From NCBI GenBank assembly GCA_001179505.1, contig CDMY01000494.1, positions 1,564 through 65,563 of the forward strand: a stretch of DNA of 64,000 nucleotides, in the 5' to 3' direction. This document shows, in pieces, positions 23,607 to 37,500 of this stretch. Below the pieces are notes generated by a model. It was not told the DNA's origin and did no database searches. It worked only from the letters and a program-made list of their open reading frames with translations. This DNA is from Vitrella brassicaformis CCMP3155 (taxonomy: Eukaryota; Protista; Chromerida). The first letter of the stretch is position 1; each line of letters begins with the position of its first letter. A program made the position numbers and the translations under genes.

Positions 23607-23919
23607 GGGGTGGTGGGGTGGGAGGGGACAGTGTCATGACATTGTATAGGAGGGGGACCCCTGTGGGCGTGTGTGTGTGTGTGTGTGTGTGCACATTCTC
23701 ATCAAGGTGGGCCCAACGGATGGACGCAGTGCGAGCGTGTCGATGAATAAATGGGAGCGAAAAGGCCAAGACTGTTTCACGCACTTGCTGACGCTTCAAA
23801 CGGACCCTCAATACTGTCATAAACCATCCTTTCTCTCCGACTTCGATCGGGCTCCAAGGGCTCATTTGCGAGCTTTGCCCCCCAAAAAAAACGCCGAGTC
23901 CCCTCCTCCGCTGCTGTCA

Positions 23920-25283
23920 ATGGCCTTCTTCCTTGCTGGTCGGCGGCAGACGCAGGGGCTGCCCAGGACCAATCTGTTTCAGGTGCCCCAACGGACAGAG
24001 CTGCTGAGATGGAACTCACACGCAGACCTCGCCCAAACCCACCCCTCACCAGCCACCAAAGACGGCCGGCCGTCAGTGCGCAGGGGCCCTGGCAACGGAG
24101 TGAGCACCCAGACGGCCCTGCTGATGGCCGGCATGAACAAACAGCACCGCCAACGGCTGACCAAGAAGAGGACATTCCTTCTCTCTGATGGGCGGAAGTC
24201 TGCTGAGGATCTGGAGGCCGTGTTGAGGGACCACCACCAGAGAGAGGTTAGGGGCAGGACGGTGCGAGACAAAAAGAAGCGGGCCGGTGATCAGGGGTTG
24301 GGCAAGAGAACCGACAAGGGGGAGGTGAGGCGAGTCGGCCACAAAAGGAGGCTGGATGACTGTTATCGAAAGCGGGACGAGCACCTGCAGCTGTTCGACG
24401 GTATGCCGATGCACCACATGATTGAGTCTCCCCTCACTTGTTTGCAATGCATGTTGTGTTGTTGTTTCAGAGACGCGTGTGTGCCTCCGCGAGTGGCGCG
24501 ATGAGATCCGCTATGAGCGTGCGGCGGCGCACCGGTTCATGCGTGAGCTGCACGTGTGGCAGGGGAGGGCCTTTGAGTGGATCATCGACGACAGACAGCT
24601 CTCACAGGCGCTCGAGTCGCCGAGGGGCGAGCCCCTTGTCAGCCCCTACTTCGTGCTGCGGAAGGTGAGCATCCCAACCAAGAAAATCAATTTCTTCTCC
24701 TCTGTCTGTGTGATCTTTGTGTCTGTCCTGTTCCTTCCTTCATTGCCTGCAGGCTCCTCGCCTGCCTCTCCGTCTGGTGTTCTTCCCTAATGGCGACGTC
24801 GAGTCGGGCACCAACAAGGTGAGCATCCACCCATCCACGTGCATCGGTCCTTTGGACACTCAGACATGCAGAGAGGCTTTCTGCGACCAATGTTTGTGTG
24901 CGCAGTGTGCCCTTTACGTCGAGTACACGCCTCGTCAGTGTCTGCTCCCTCAGTCCATCCACTGCGACGGCATCTACCTGCCCCTCGAAGACGCGCTTAT
25001 CTACCACTCCATCTCATGCAGAACGACACACAAGACCACTGACGAGTCAGGCAGCCCTGCGTGTGCAGGGCCTGCAGCTGCTGCTGGTGGTGTGTGTGAT
25101 GGTGGTTGGCCGTTGGTGGGTCCGCTGGATTTGTGGGTGTGTGTGGGCGACGTGGTGAGGGGGCCGGTGAGCTTGTGTGGGGGTATGCACTTCGACGGAT
25201 GGATGGACTTCTGTAGCAAGAGAAGCGTCGTTCGATTTGTGCAGGAGGCGGGATATCTCGCTATCAGGTGTCAGGTGGAGTGA
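23920..25283 (+). CDS. MATH (TRAF-like) domain protein
   Basis: FEWIIDD..SPYF..LRLVFFPNG..CALYV..GWMDFC..GYLAIRCQV follows the MATH consensus. The basic N-terminal exon is spliced in phase. Confidence 0.75.
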
Positions 25284-26177
25284 CCGACCGATTTCTTACC
25301 TAGCCGATGGATGGTGTCTGTCTGTCTGTCTCTTGCTCTGTTCTTGCTGGAAGCTCTAATAGATACATGTACACAACACATACATACATGTATACTGATT
25401 CACTCATCGAGCGCCGCGCCATCTGTGCGCTCTCTCTGTTGGTCTCATTTCTCGCTGTGAGTGAGTATACCCCCTACACACCGGTCAGTCAATCGACACC
25501 TACTTCCTTCCATGCATCTGTCTGTGCGTGTCGGCTTCGTTCCGCTCGGTAAACTGCCTGTCAGGTCTCATTGCACTGGTGCGAATACATAAACATACAT
25601 AACATACAGACATACACGCATACATACATGTGACACCCACTGGTCGGCCTTTTGCCTCTGGAAGACCTTGGGTGAACTAAAGACCTTGAAGGAAGAAGCT
25701 CAGTGTGTGCTCGTGAGTCCGCGTGGATATTGGTGTGAAGGCCGCCCGCCCGTCCGCCGTATGTCATAGAGTATGACTCCCCCATCCGCTCATCCATCCA
25801 TCCACGCCAGGTAGGTCACACACGGCACACACGTCACCACACCACACCACACCACACCACGTCTCAGCTTTAGCTCTGCATGCATACAGACATACGAGAC
25901 GGAGGGAGAGGGAGGGAGGGAGGGAGGTGAAAGATGGCCCGGCCGAGAGACGCGAAAAAACGTATGCGATTACAAAACCTGTGAAGATGGTGTGGATGGA
26001 TGGATAGATAATGTCCCACAAGCTAAGCTAATCAGCCATACCTTCCTGCCAGCCTATTCCAGTTCCCCTCCCCTCCACCCACCTAGGCAAAACCCTAGCA
26101 AAAGGTCCTACGCAGCAAACCAGCCAACCGGTCAGCCAACCTAATGTTAAGTGGTCCCCCTCTCTCTCTCCCCTCTC

Positions 26178-26211
<34 letters not shown>

Positions 26212-26238
26212 CCCTTCCCTGTCTCGCTAGTGATCTGT

Positions 26239-29200
26239 TTATTTGGTACGGTCAAGGCCGACAGTTTCGGCCTTGAGCTGTTGAAACTCCTCCAGCCAGC
26301 ACTTGGCGAGCAGGTCAGGCCGCCTCAGTGCGTGTGTGTCGGCCTGCACAGCGACCAGCATGTGGTCGTGGTAGCTGAACACCGCCAGGCCGACCCCGAC
26401 CTTACAACCCAATAAAGGCAGACACAGACAGAAGAGAGGTGAGTGACATAAGGGCGTTTTGTGGATGCCTAGCCTAGCAGATAGTGCTATGTGTGTGTAT
26501 GTACCTCGTATGGTATGGGGACGAAGAAGAATAGGTCATAGACGGGAAGGCCGCCGAAGACCCTCTGGGTGGTGGGGCCCGGCACGTTCGTCATCACACA
26601 ACTGATCTGCACGCACACACACACACACGAAGGCCACACGGCACACATCTGCCATTGTATGTGCCCCCTTGGTTGCTTGTCTTGTAAGTGTGTCTGTCCT
26701 GACTGACCTTGCGGGTGAATCGCTTGAAGATGGCGCAGAAGACCCATCCCGGGAAGGCGTACATTAAAATCTCAAAGGCCATGAAGGCCGGCAGCAGCAC
26801 ACCCGAATACACCTTCCCCGCCGCCCTCTGCTCCTCCTCGCTCATCCGCCTCCACCCCTTCCCCTTCGCCCGCAGCCTCTTGGCGCACCCAAGGATGTCC
26901 AGCCAGCCACTGGTCTCTGTGGCCCTCGTCCCCCCTGCTTTGCCCGACCCCTCCTTGTATTTCGCCATCTGTGCCGTCACGCGACACAGCCGCTCGACCG
27001 AAGACGACTCCACACATGTGGGGAAGGGCAGTATTCCCCCTCCGTACACGTTGCGCAGCCCGTCGCCTGTCTGGCCCGCCTTGCGCTTGTTGACGGCCAC
27101 CAGCAGGCGCATCTCGTCCTGCAGCCGGACAGGCTTGGGGTCGGTGCTGCGGGCGAACCACGACCGTCTCCCGGGGCTCAATGCGGCCTTGTCGCTGCTG
27201 TCGCCCGTCCGTGTGGAGACCGACTCGTTGCTCATGGAGGGGAAGAACAGCGGCAGGCAGAAGGGGAAGCCGCGATTGGCGCTGCCGTCGGTGGTGCTGG
27301 CCCGGTGTGGCGACCGCTGGAGGGGCGTCCTCTCGGGGCTCAGGCAGCTCCGCAGCGACGACAGGAAGCTGGGCCGACTTCTGTCGTGAGGATGGTGCCT
27401 CGCCGGGCAGGGGGCGAAGAGCGCCGACCTCAGGCTGGGCAGCGACCGGCTCGTGCGGATGGTGTCCTTGCGTGTGTGTGAGGCGGCCACGGGGGTGGTG
27501 CATCCTTGAGGGGTCAAGGTGCCGTAGGACGGCGCCATGACGGCCGTTGGTTCGCTCAGCGGGGGGAAGGCCATCGGGGACGAAACAGCCGAGCCCAGCT
27601 GAGGGGCGTTGACACTCGATGATGACGCCTCATTGGTGGACTTGGGAGAGGCGGCCGTGAGCGGTGTGGCGAGGGAGGGCAGGCGTGAGACGTCCAGGGT
27701 CTCTCCGGTGCCTGTCGAGTCAGCGACCGAGCCCCTGCGGAGGTCGCCGTCCATGAGTGTGGGGGTGGTGACTGGCGTGTCGGTGGTGAGATAGCTGCCC
27801 GGCCTGGGCCGTCGCTCTCCGCTGCCAGAGTGGTTGATGGTGTCCTCCTGCTGCTGTTGGTGCTGTGCATATCGAGTGTAGGCGCCGACGAGGCAGGCCG
27901 TCATGACGTCGTTGACTGTCATGGACTGGGAGCCCCATGAGCGGCCGGCGACTGGAGGGACATACACAGGGGACTTTGGCTCGTCGGGCGACTTGGGCTC
28001 CTCGTCGCTGCTCGTCGTCCCGGTCGTCTCGCGAGAATAAATGGGTCCCTTCCGCTGCCGCGTGCCGCACCCAAAGAGGGACTCGCGGCACCTCTTCTTC
28101 TTGTCGTCGTCTCCCTTGCCGCTCTTCCACTGCTCATGCTGGCCGCTGTTGAAGTAGTCCTTGATGGACTTGACCTCCTGCAGGCTCACTCGCACCGGCA
28201 GACTCACACGCCGCTGATTGGACGCTAGCGGCCGGCGCATCGACGGCGCATCCCAGGACCGCTCCACAGGCCATGTGCAGCTCTGCAGCAGCAGGGACGG
28301 CGCCCGCCACAGACGCAGAAGTGGGCGGATGCGGCTGAGGAGCGAGGGCCCTCGGCGTTTCATGGCTGGGCGGGATGGTGCTGGGGAGGGGGAGGGCGAG
28401 ATGTCGGGGGAGGGGACCAGGGAGGGGCTCATGATGGAGGGAGGGTCCAGCAGGTCGTTCGTGTGGATCTCAACCAGAGCTGCCAAAGCAAAAGGGGATG
28501 GATGACCGACAAATAGTCAATCCGTAGAGCGTTCAATTCGATGCAAAGCAGGTGTGGTTGTTTCTTGTCTCCCTCCCTTACCTATTCCGTCAGCGAGTGT
28601 GTGGTGGTATCTGGCAATTAGCACGGTAAAGGGGCCCCTGAACACGCCATCACTGGTCTGGTCCTCACCAGGGGCTGAGGAGTGGTCAGCGTAGGCGAAC
28701 AGCGGGTCATCGAGCATCACATTCTCTAGCACATGCAGCCGCCTGCACCCACAAGAAGGCAATGACGCATGCCATCTCCCTCGCTCGCTCGCTCGCTCCC
28801 TCCCTCCCTCCCTCCCTCCCTCCCTCCCTCGACCCTTCCTTGTGTGTCTCACGCACCACGGGGGGTGTTCCTTGTGCAGAGGCTTGTTGTTGACCTCAGC
28901 GACGAATGCCTCGAGGTCTCCCCGCTTCACCACCCGGTGGGGCCCCCCGCCGCGCACCACCTCATCCAAGGGCACAGCGCTCACGTGGTAGTCGATATCG
29001 ACGTCATCCTGCGGCACCCAGCAGTACCGCCACAGCTGACGCTCCACGCGACACCGCAGCCTCGGGTGCTTGAGCACCACCCTTTCCTCGTCGCCCGACG
29101 ATGGGCCGTCGGCGGCCGTGGTGGCATTGAGCCACCGGTCGGTGACGAGCTTCTGGATCTCCTTGTGAGGGACGTTGCCGCAGATGAAGCAGCCCGTGAT

Positions 29201-29482
29201 AATGAAGTGCGGCTGCCGCCACAGGTAGTCCTCCTGCCCGTCGAGAGGGATGCGGTCTGTTGGCGGCGGTGGGACGCCATTGCCATTGCTGCTGTCGCTC
29301 TGCTGCCCTCTCTTGTTGCTGCTCCTTGTCCGTGCATTCCTGCGGCAGATGAGGAGCGAGTACAGCTTGTTGACAACGGCCCTCGCGACAAAGAAGAACG
29401 TCAGCGGTCCCGTGAAGATGCTGATGGCGGCGATGAGGACGGTGATGTCCCAGACGAGTGTGAAACAGCGAAACAAACCCAT
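26239..29482 (-). CDS. Wax ester synthase / diacylglycerol acyltransferase (WS/DGAT family)
   Basis: Catalytic HHxxxDG motif (ARYHHTLADGIG), HPPW/RLHVL, TVNDVMTACLVGAYTRY, C-terminal MTNVPGP and VGLAVFSY. N-terminal transmembrane segment. Confidence 0.93.
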
Positions 29483-29744
29483 CGGTGCACGAGGGCGGGC
29501 TGAATCAGCAAGTGGGATTCGCAGACACAAATTGGTCACACTGATAATGCATGTCGGTGCATCTCACGATCGTACAATAGCGAGACGGTCTGGAGAGCGA
29601 AGGTCTCGCGAGAGAAGGTCTGTATCTCTATCCTCCGTGAAACGAACACGTAGCTCGCAGGGCCACGCCCCGGATTTGCGCCTCGCAGCAAGATGGTCTG
29701 ATAGCCGATAGCCTCGGCCTTCCCCGCCCTCCCTTGCGGTGGCG
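29483..29744. promoter_or_regulatory. Probable bidirectional promoter (WS/DGAT vs hypothetical gene)
   Basis: About 260-bp spacer between divergent starts, containing the palindrome TCTCGCGAGA (29604-29613). Confidence 0.45.
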
Positions 29745-32653
29745 ATGGAGTCGCCGAGCAAGCGGCGGAGGCTGAGCTGTGCGGAGGTGAGAGGGGGCGC
29801 GGGACAGCCCGCGTGATGCACGACGTGCATCCACAGCATGTGATCTTGTCGTGTGTGGGTGTGGATTTGATTGTGGTTCAGCTGGAGTCCATCGCCAGCG
29901 TGATGGCGGGTGTGAGGGGCAGGTATGAGCACGTCCTCGACAAGATCAACGCGCTGGACCGACAGGTAAGGGGCAGCCGAGACATGAGCACCGAAGAGTG
30001 AGTGATCCCTAGTGCATGTGTGTGGATCTGTGTGCAATCAGGCCAGCGAGGCGTTGACGCTCAGGGAGAGCCAGGAGCGGACACTGGGCAAAGACATGTG
30101 CCCCAACGTAGCTAAGGTAACGGACCGACATGACGACACACCGGCAGCTTCCTGACCGTTGCCTCCGTGCCTCTCCCTCCTGGTGTGCATGTGCGTGTCT
30201 GTGCAGATGGTGTGTCTGGATTACGAGAGGTTCAAAGTCCTGCTGTCCAAGATAGGACCAGCCGACAACGTCACGCCCAGCACCCAGGACATCCTCATCA
30301 ATATCGCCCAGCAGAAACTCTCTGCCATGACACACAACCTACACCTAGATGTAAGCACGGTCACAAACTGACAGCCGCCCACGTATCTAGACAGGGAGGA
30401 GGCAGCATTCATCCCTTGTGTGTGCGTGTGTGATGTTTTCTGTTCAGTCCTTGGCGCCGTCGCTGCTCACCCTCCCTGACGCGCTCCTGTTTGACCGACT
30501 CGGCCCCCTCCTCGGCACCGAGTCCGTCATCGGCGGCCTCTCGCGGGCCCACTCGTCCTTCCTGGGCCCCTCCCACGACCCCGACATGCACACCACCGTC
30601 ACCTTCATGGCCGACCGCGCCATCGACCTGACCGACGGGCAGCTGGAGGCGTGGCGGCCCCGGCTGGCCAAGACCAAGGGGGCGGTGCTGCGTTGTCACA
30701 TGAACATGGGGATGGTGCGACTCCTGGAGGGCATGAGGGACAGCCTCGAGAGTCTGGAAGCCGACAGCCACAGCGCGCAGGAGCACGAGCTAGAGGGTGT
30801 GGACGGATGGGGGGCGGCGTTCCCTCTTTTGGAGACGGTAGTGGTGGGCGGGCGATGGGGGTGGGTCTCATATCTGCGGGCCTGGGGACTCGGGTGAGTG
30901 ACGAACAACACAACACACACCCAAAGTCCCAGACACCCACCACACCACCTACCCCTGCCTGTCGTGTGAGGCAGGTCGCTCGAGTGTGTCGAGTTGCGCA
31001 AGCTGAGCACGGAGGAGCAGACGGCCCACGACAACGAATTTATGGCTTACGACACATGGTATGGGCGCGACTGGCTGCAGGAGCACGACGGCGTACGCAC
31101 CCTCACCCTCTCGCCCCCATTCGCGTGGGATGCGCGTGAGGCGATGATGCTTGTCGAGCGGACGAGCGTCGACACGGTGAAGAGCTTCAGCGTGACGGCG
31201 GACGAGCCGGACCTAGAGGGGTGGGTTAACTATAAGGTCGGGAGGACCTATAATGACATGGAAGTGGAGCCGCTAAGGTCGCTCGAGGACATCGAGGCCA
31301 CCATCAATGCCAAACAGATCACCCCAAGCATCATATCGGTGAGAGACCAATGCGCGTACACACAAGGGAGTGGTCATTTGCACCCTGTCCGTTGCCTGTG
31401 GTGTCACACAGTCACTGAACGCGGTCCACAAGTACTGTGTGGACCCTGAGGGCAATGAGGACTACAGCAGCAGCACATTCGACTTCCCCTTCGCCATCCT
31501 CTGGCCCGCACAGCCCGGCAGCCCCATCCGCAACATCTACGACGACGAGAGCCCCGCATTCGCGTCATCCACCCTCACCCTGGCGGCCTCGCTCGCCACA
31601 TCGGTGACCTTCCCCACCAGCCTCGCACAAGACAACATCATCCAGGCCTTCTACTCCCTGCTGCCCAAGCTGGTCTTCACATCAGCCCGCACCCTCACCC
31701 TGCAGAAGGCCAGGGACACCAACAACCCCCTCCCACAGCCACTGCTCTTCAACCTCGGCCGCGTCTTCCCATCGGTGCGGTCCATCGACATGGGCAGGGC
31801 GCGGCAGCTGGGCGAGGAGGCCGTCGTCAAGGCGATAGACGACCTCCCATCGCTGCGAATTTTGCGCTTCGCACGGCAGCCCTCTTTTCATGGGAAGCCG
31901 TTTTTCCTTCCATCGTACTTGAGGAACTGTGCCGGTGCTGGCCCACTGCTGCACATCAAGTGTGCGTTCTACACGGGTATGAATGGCAGTGAGGATTGGT
32001 CGGTGTGGGAGGGGCAGCCAGATGAGGGCGGTGAGGATGGGGCGGGTGGGGCGGATAGCGGCAGCAAGATGGATATGGATGTGTCGTTGGGGGAGGCAGA
32101 GGGCGACAAGGGCAGCAGCAACAAGGGCAAGGGCATAGAGCGCCGCATCCGGCACATCAGCGTGTTTTTCGCTACCCCACTCTTCTGGGGTGCTGCGGAA
32201 GCCGGTGTGGGAGATGGGGAGCTGGGGCGGGGAGGGAGATGGGGAGTGAGATGGGAGGCAGATGGATGGAGATGGCGTGTTTTTCGCTACTTCGCTGCAG
32301 AGGGCGGAGAGGGAGGTGAGGAGGGAGAGGAAGACGAGGAATGGGAGGCAGACAAACCCGAAATGCTAGTCTGGTCTCGGCTGTTTCGCACATGCGTCAA
32401 GGCCATCGCCACTCTGCCCAAGCTAGATTACATCACACTCACCACCGACGATACACTCCCTGTCGAGTCGCTGCACGAGGATGGGGAGGCAGGCGTAGCC
32501 GAGCGGCTGAGCCCTCACGGGTTCGCCGCTGTGCAGACAGGACCCTGTAGCGTTGAGCTGTATCGGAAGGGGCTGCCCGTCACGGCGGGCCAGCGACTGA
32601 TCACTGACTACTTCTCGCCTATCTGTGTCGATAATAGCAACGGGATGGAGTGA
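29745..32653 (+). CDS. Hypothetical protein, F-box-like/LRR-like lineage-expanded family
   Basis: Spliced exons start MESPSKRRRLS. LLTLPDALLFDRLGPLL is F-box-like, and the long last exon has LRR-like repeats (VFPSVRSIDM, LPSLRILRF, LPKLDYITL). Confidence 0.6.
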
Positions 32654-34549
32654 GACCGTCGTCAGATTAGTGGTGCCGGCGTTTCCTCTGTACCTTGATG
32701 ATGTCATCAGTCTCGTTTCTGGCGATTCCATCGGCCATGAGCGATCCCGATGGCATTCGATGAGGTGCAGGGGAGCGCATTTGGCCCACTCATGTGCCTT
32801 ACTGACTTGACGGTTACATGAGTCACTCACTGATCATCAGAGAGCTGGGGGCACACGGATGTGGTGTACAGATTGACTCGTGCTTCCGTGTGCGCCTGCT
32901 TTATCCATATCTCTCTCCTTGTGTTGTGTCTGGCTGGAGCGCACTGTTTCTTCTCCATCTCCTCTCTCTCGAGCTCGCCTGTCGTCCTCTCTCTCGAGCC
33001 TGTCTCTGAGTCTGTCTGCCTGGTCACTGACTGTGTGTGTGGTCGTGGCGTTCAAACCGAAACAGCGGCAGTCCCCACAAGTGTCCATCCGCTGTCTCAG
33101 AAGCACTGGACACCCTACACACACACACACACACACACGCAGAGCCACCCATCCACCCCCTCAGCACATCACACAGACACCTTTTCCGTGTCTGACGACT
33201 GACTGATTGTACGGTACGACAGCACTTTTTTCTACCTGCCTCTCTCTCGCCCTCTCTGTGTTGGCTGCCGTCCCCTGCCAACGCAGAGTCTCGTAGCTGC
33301 TCACTCGGCGCTGTTTTGCCTCTCCTTTCCCTCTGGTGAGCTGAGCTGTGACGTTTTCGTGTGCGCCGCTTGTCTGCCAAGAAGTGGCGCACACTCGCCG
33401 GTCCGGATCTTCCTGGTGTCATGTCTGCATGGATCATCTGTCCCCGAGGGCCGCCGATTCTCTCACTCAGTCACCTGCTGTGCTGCTGCTGAGAGATGTG
33501 TGCTCGGTGTGCTGTCTTGGGTGGGATGATCCATGCAGATATCCCGCCAGCACCGGACTCGAGTGGCCATGGCCGCTGGGGGTTTAGAAAACCCTCGCGG
33601 CCGGCGGTCTGCGGTGACGTGCGACCTCGTCGTCGTGGGCCGTTCGAGAGAGCCAGGCAGGCAACTCACACAGCTTGGAATCGAATCACGCAGCGGTGGT
33701 GCTGCATTGGCAGGGTGGGCTCGTCTCATCCGCGGTACCACTGTGGGGATCACTTACTGGCTGGCTGTATGGTCGTACGTATGAGGGAGAGGGAGTGGTG
33801 GTCGGGGTGTGTGTGTGGGTGTAGGGGGGACGTTCAAATGGCGCGGGCTTTGTTGTGTGTCCGCATACAGACACGTCCATGCATGCGCCAATGTCGGGCG
33901 GCAGCCACGGTCAAGGCCCATCCGCGGTCTGGGGAGCAAGGGGCCACCACACACACACACACACACACACATCCAGGCATGGCCAGACAGACACACAGAC
34001 AGACAGACAGACAGGGGCTCTCTTCTTCTCTCTATCCTCCGTGCGTTTGATCTTCTGACTTGACCCGACTCGATGTATGCTGTCTGTTTGTCTGTCCTGT
34101 TCTGTGCAGTCAGTCACGTGTTTGTCCATCTGTTTGTCCATGGATGTGGGATGCTCCGTGATGATCTGCTGGTCGACAAGCCGGGATACTCATCTTTGTA
34201 GATTCTTTGCGCAGTGGTGTTGTTGTTCTTTCTGGCTTTGACTCGCTCCCTCGCGATGGAGATGGTGCACTCTCGTCGATCGAGTGCATCGTCACCATCG
34301 CGAAGCAGCGAGTTGAGGACACAAAGACACACCAAGGTGCAGCTCTTGGATATGGTATTATGACCTACCGGCCAGAAGAAAGGAGGACAATACCTTCAAC
34401 GGATGCTCGCCATGCACTGGGGGGCCGGCCCCCTCCGTTCTGTCCCGGCCGCCGTCACAGCCCGCGTCTTACGGTCTTCTTACGACACATTACAGGGCAA
34501 ATCTCTCAGCTGCCGCACAGCTGTTGTACACATGAGAAATCGGCCGGCG

Positions 34550-37500
34550 ATGCCCATGATGATTTCCTTCTCTTGGCTCCCTCTTGCACTCCTCCTGTAC
34601 CACTGTGAGGCTCACAGATGGGAAGGGGGCAGGTGCATCACCCCTGTTGGCTCCTGCTGCACCTGTTCTGTTCAGGCCGGCGTGCATGGACCTCCGAAGC
34701 CACCCCGGGCCGCTCTCTGGGGAAACAGTCACCTCAGGCAACGAAGAGCCTCAAAGCCACTGCAGGTGGGAAACTGCTCAGTTCCTTGTGCATTGTTCCT
34801 CACGTGCTCTGTTGCAGGCCCCATAAGTCGGGGCGCCGTTCGCCTGTTTTCTCCCCCCTCTGTGCAGCACCCGATGAGCACACTCAGCGTTCCTTCTCGA
34901 CGGAGAAGTTTCACGAGCAGAGCCGCCGACAAGAGGACACAGCCCCTCGCCAGCGCCGTTCAGATGAGGCGACCTCCCGTGGAGAGGACGGGGGAAGGAG
35001 GCCCTAATATTGATGAGGACACAGCGGCTCTTCCGGCCAGCCTCATCGACGAAATGTCCGCCGGCCTGCGCGAGAAGGCTCTCTCCTGGCTGCAGCACAG
35101 GGAGGAGGCGTCTACGGATGTATTATCGCTGGAGCGCCGTGTTGAGCGGCTGCTCGATGAAAACCCCCTGCCGACTTTGTTGAAGGCCAGCCAGCTGATC
35201 AACGAGGGCCTGCCTTTGGATAGTGCCAAGCGCATGTCGTGTGGGCAATGCACCAAGACATATGACGACTGGTACGAGGTTCTCTACGGGCGGCATCCAT
35301 CTGACGTACCAGCAACGGAGGATGAGCAAGCGCCGGTCGGCGCCGATCATAAAGAGACACAGAGTTCTGTCCAGGAGGGTGAGAGGGATGACGCAGAGGA
35401 CGTCGAGAGGGCCGTGGACGCCCTGCTCGAGAGCGGCGATGTCTCCGACACGGTGCCGTCTTTCTTCTTCTGCATGTCGTGTCTCCTCGACGGCACAGAG
35501 GTCCGGAACGCGACCGACAAACGCGAACCAGCTGCCACCGCTGGAGCTTTCACACAGAACGCCACTGCATCTGCCGACAACAAAAATGGGACGGCGACAA
35601 AGGAGGAAGCCGCGGGCACGACTCACAGCGATAATGACATTGAGGGAGAGGGAGATGTGGTGATCGAGGTGCTCACGATGCCTGGCGTGCCCGAGAAGGG
35701 ACCCGTGAGCATGATGCGCATCAATGGGACTGAACAGCAGTTGGGCAAAGACGACACAAACAAGGAGGAGAAGGAAGTTGACAGCAAGGCAGAGAGGGCT
35801 GACGCGATGGCCGTGATGGCATCCCTCGACCGCATCCTCGCGAGAAGATGCCCGTGCGGCGATGACGACGATGACAAGAAGCAGGGCGGCAAGCCCAAGG
35901 GCCAGAAACACGCTGCAGCCTTCATCCAGACCACGATCAAGGTCAGGAGGCATGCGATGCGCAAGCACCACCGGCAGCACAAGAAGCGACCGACCCATCG
36001 CAGCAAACCGGCGCCCTCGCCTATGCCGTCTCTGCTGAGGATGGAGGAGAGACATGAAGACACCGCAGACTCGCAGCTGCAGCTCTTCTGCGACCTCTAC
36101 TGCCAGACCATCAAGCGAAGAAAACAGCAGCAGCAGCAGCCTCCCCCTCCTCCGTCTTTCCTGGAGCTGGACAGCCATCGAACCGCCGTGAACCTCTCCC
36201 TCACCCGCCCCACGCCGTACCTCGTACCCACATACCCCCGGCCATACATCGCCACCGCCTCCCTCCAGATGGTGCCTCTTGGCGGCCAGCCCGTCTCTGC
36301 CTTCCACCAGCAGGGCATCGATGCGTCTCCTTACCTGCTGTCTCCGTTGCGCAAGCCCAAGCCGGTCGAGATCAAGAAGGAGGACGTCGAGCGGACGAAG
36401 CCGAGTGACGTCAAGGAGGAGGCAGAGGAGGCGGACCCCCTCAAGAATGATGAGGGCAACAGCAAGAAGCTTGCAGAGGTGCATGTTATGGCCGAGAAGG
36501 CGCTCAATGAGGCTGACACAGCTGTTACCAAGATGAAGAAGGACATCGGACAGCTCAGTGCTGACAAACAGGCAAGCAAGGATGCAGTGCAGTAGTTGGC
36601 TGGCGATGGTGGCTGCCATCGTGTATATGGCTCGATGTGGCAATGCAGCGTGAGATCCACACCAACTTCAAGTTGGTGTTCGACGTCAAACAGATCGCCC
36701 TCCTGGAGAGGCAGAGACGCAAGAAGATACTCGCGGCAGAGGCACACCTACAACGAGTGGGCGACGGTGCCAAGGACCCAAACACGCCACTTGTGTGCGC
36801 GCGCGTGCGTGTGTGTCAGCTGGTGGACCTGGTTGACGTCTTGAAGCAGGCATATCTCCGGGCGAGCAAGAAGTTCTGCAGAGACAGACGTCAGACACAC
36901 ACCAGACCGTCCATCCAATATGTTCACACATAATGCTTGCTCTTTCCCTCGCTTCAGCTCGCGTGTTGAGTGAGGAGGGTGCCTTGCCTGTGAAGCGACC
37001 AACAGCCACAGTACGAGAGACACAACACACATGAGGACGAAGGACACCACACCCACATGCATATGCATGTCTTTTCCTCACTTGTGTGTGTGTGTGTGTG
37101 TGTGTGCGCTGCGCTGCTGTGTGTCCAACCAGTGCGTCAAGAACCCCAAGGTGCCCGGCATCATCGCCATCAAGGTGAGCAGTAGAGATAAAGATGGACA
37201 GACAGAGACAGGGCATACGAGTCACTTCACGCAGGGTGAGAATCTGCACCGGTGTCTCGGCCTGGAGCTCGTCAGCACATCAGGCGAATGCGGATAGCCG
37301 AACCTGCCTGAAGGAACAAACACACAATTGTATACCTACCGTGTCGTGAATGCTGCCCACTATCTATCTCGCCTGCAGAGTTGACAAGGTCCAATCCATG
37401 TTGGAGAAAAACCAGAGCATCACATTCGGTCGGTGGATCCAACACAAGCACATCCGCTCACCCAGGCATACTGACTGACCCGTGTTCGGTGCGGTGGGCG

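Noticed and set aside
34261-34300. Small imperfect hairpin GATGGTGCACTC..GAGTGC..CACCATC
   Set aside because: Short and bulged, with no sign of an RNA family.
35123-36643. Long antisense ORFs (also 26709-27389, 51922-52743, 60474-61298)
   Set aside because: They are shadows of GC3-biased sense exons, with no recognisable motifs or splice support.
7360-37297. Several in-frame TAGs at coding positions (7360, 12299, 13127, 23228, 37295) suggesting UAG reassignment
   Set aside because: They align to different residues (Glu, Gln, Tyr) in paralogues, occur mostly in genes with frameshifts, and TAG is the normal terminator at 3472, 23606, 38205 and 62460. Ordinary pseudogenisation explains them.
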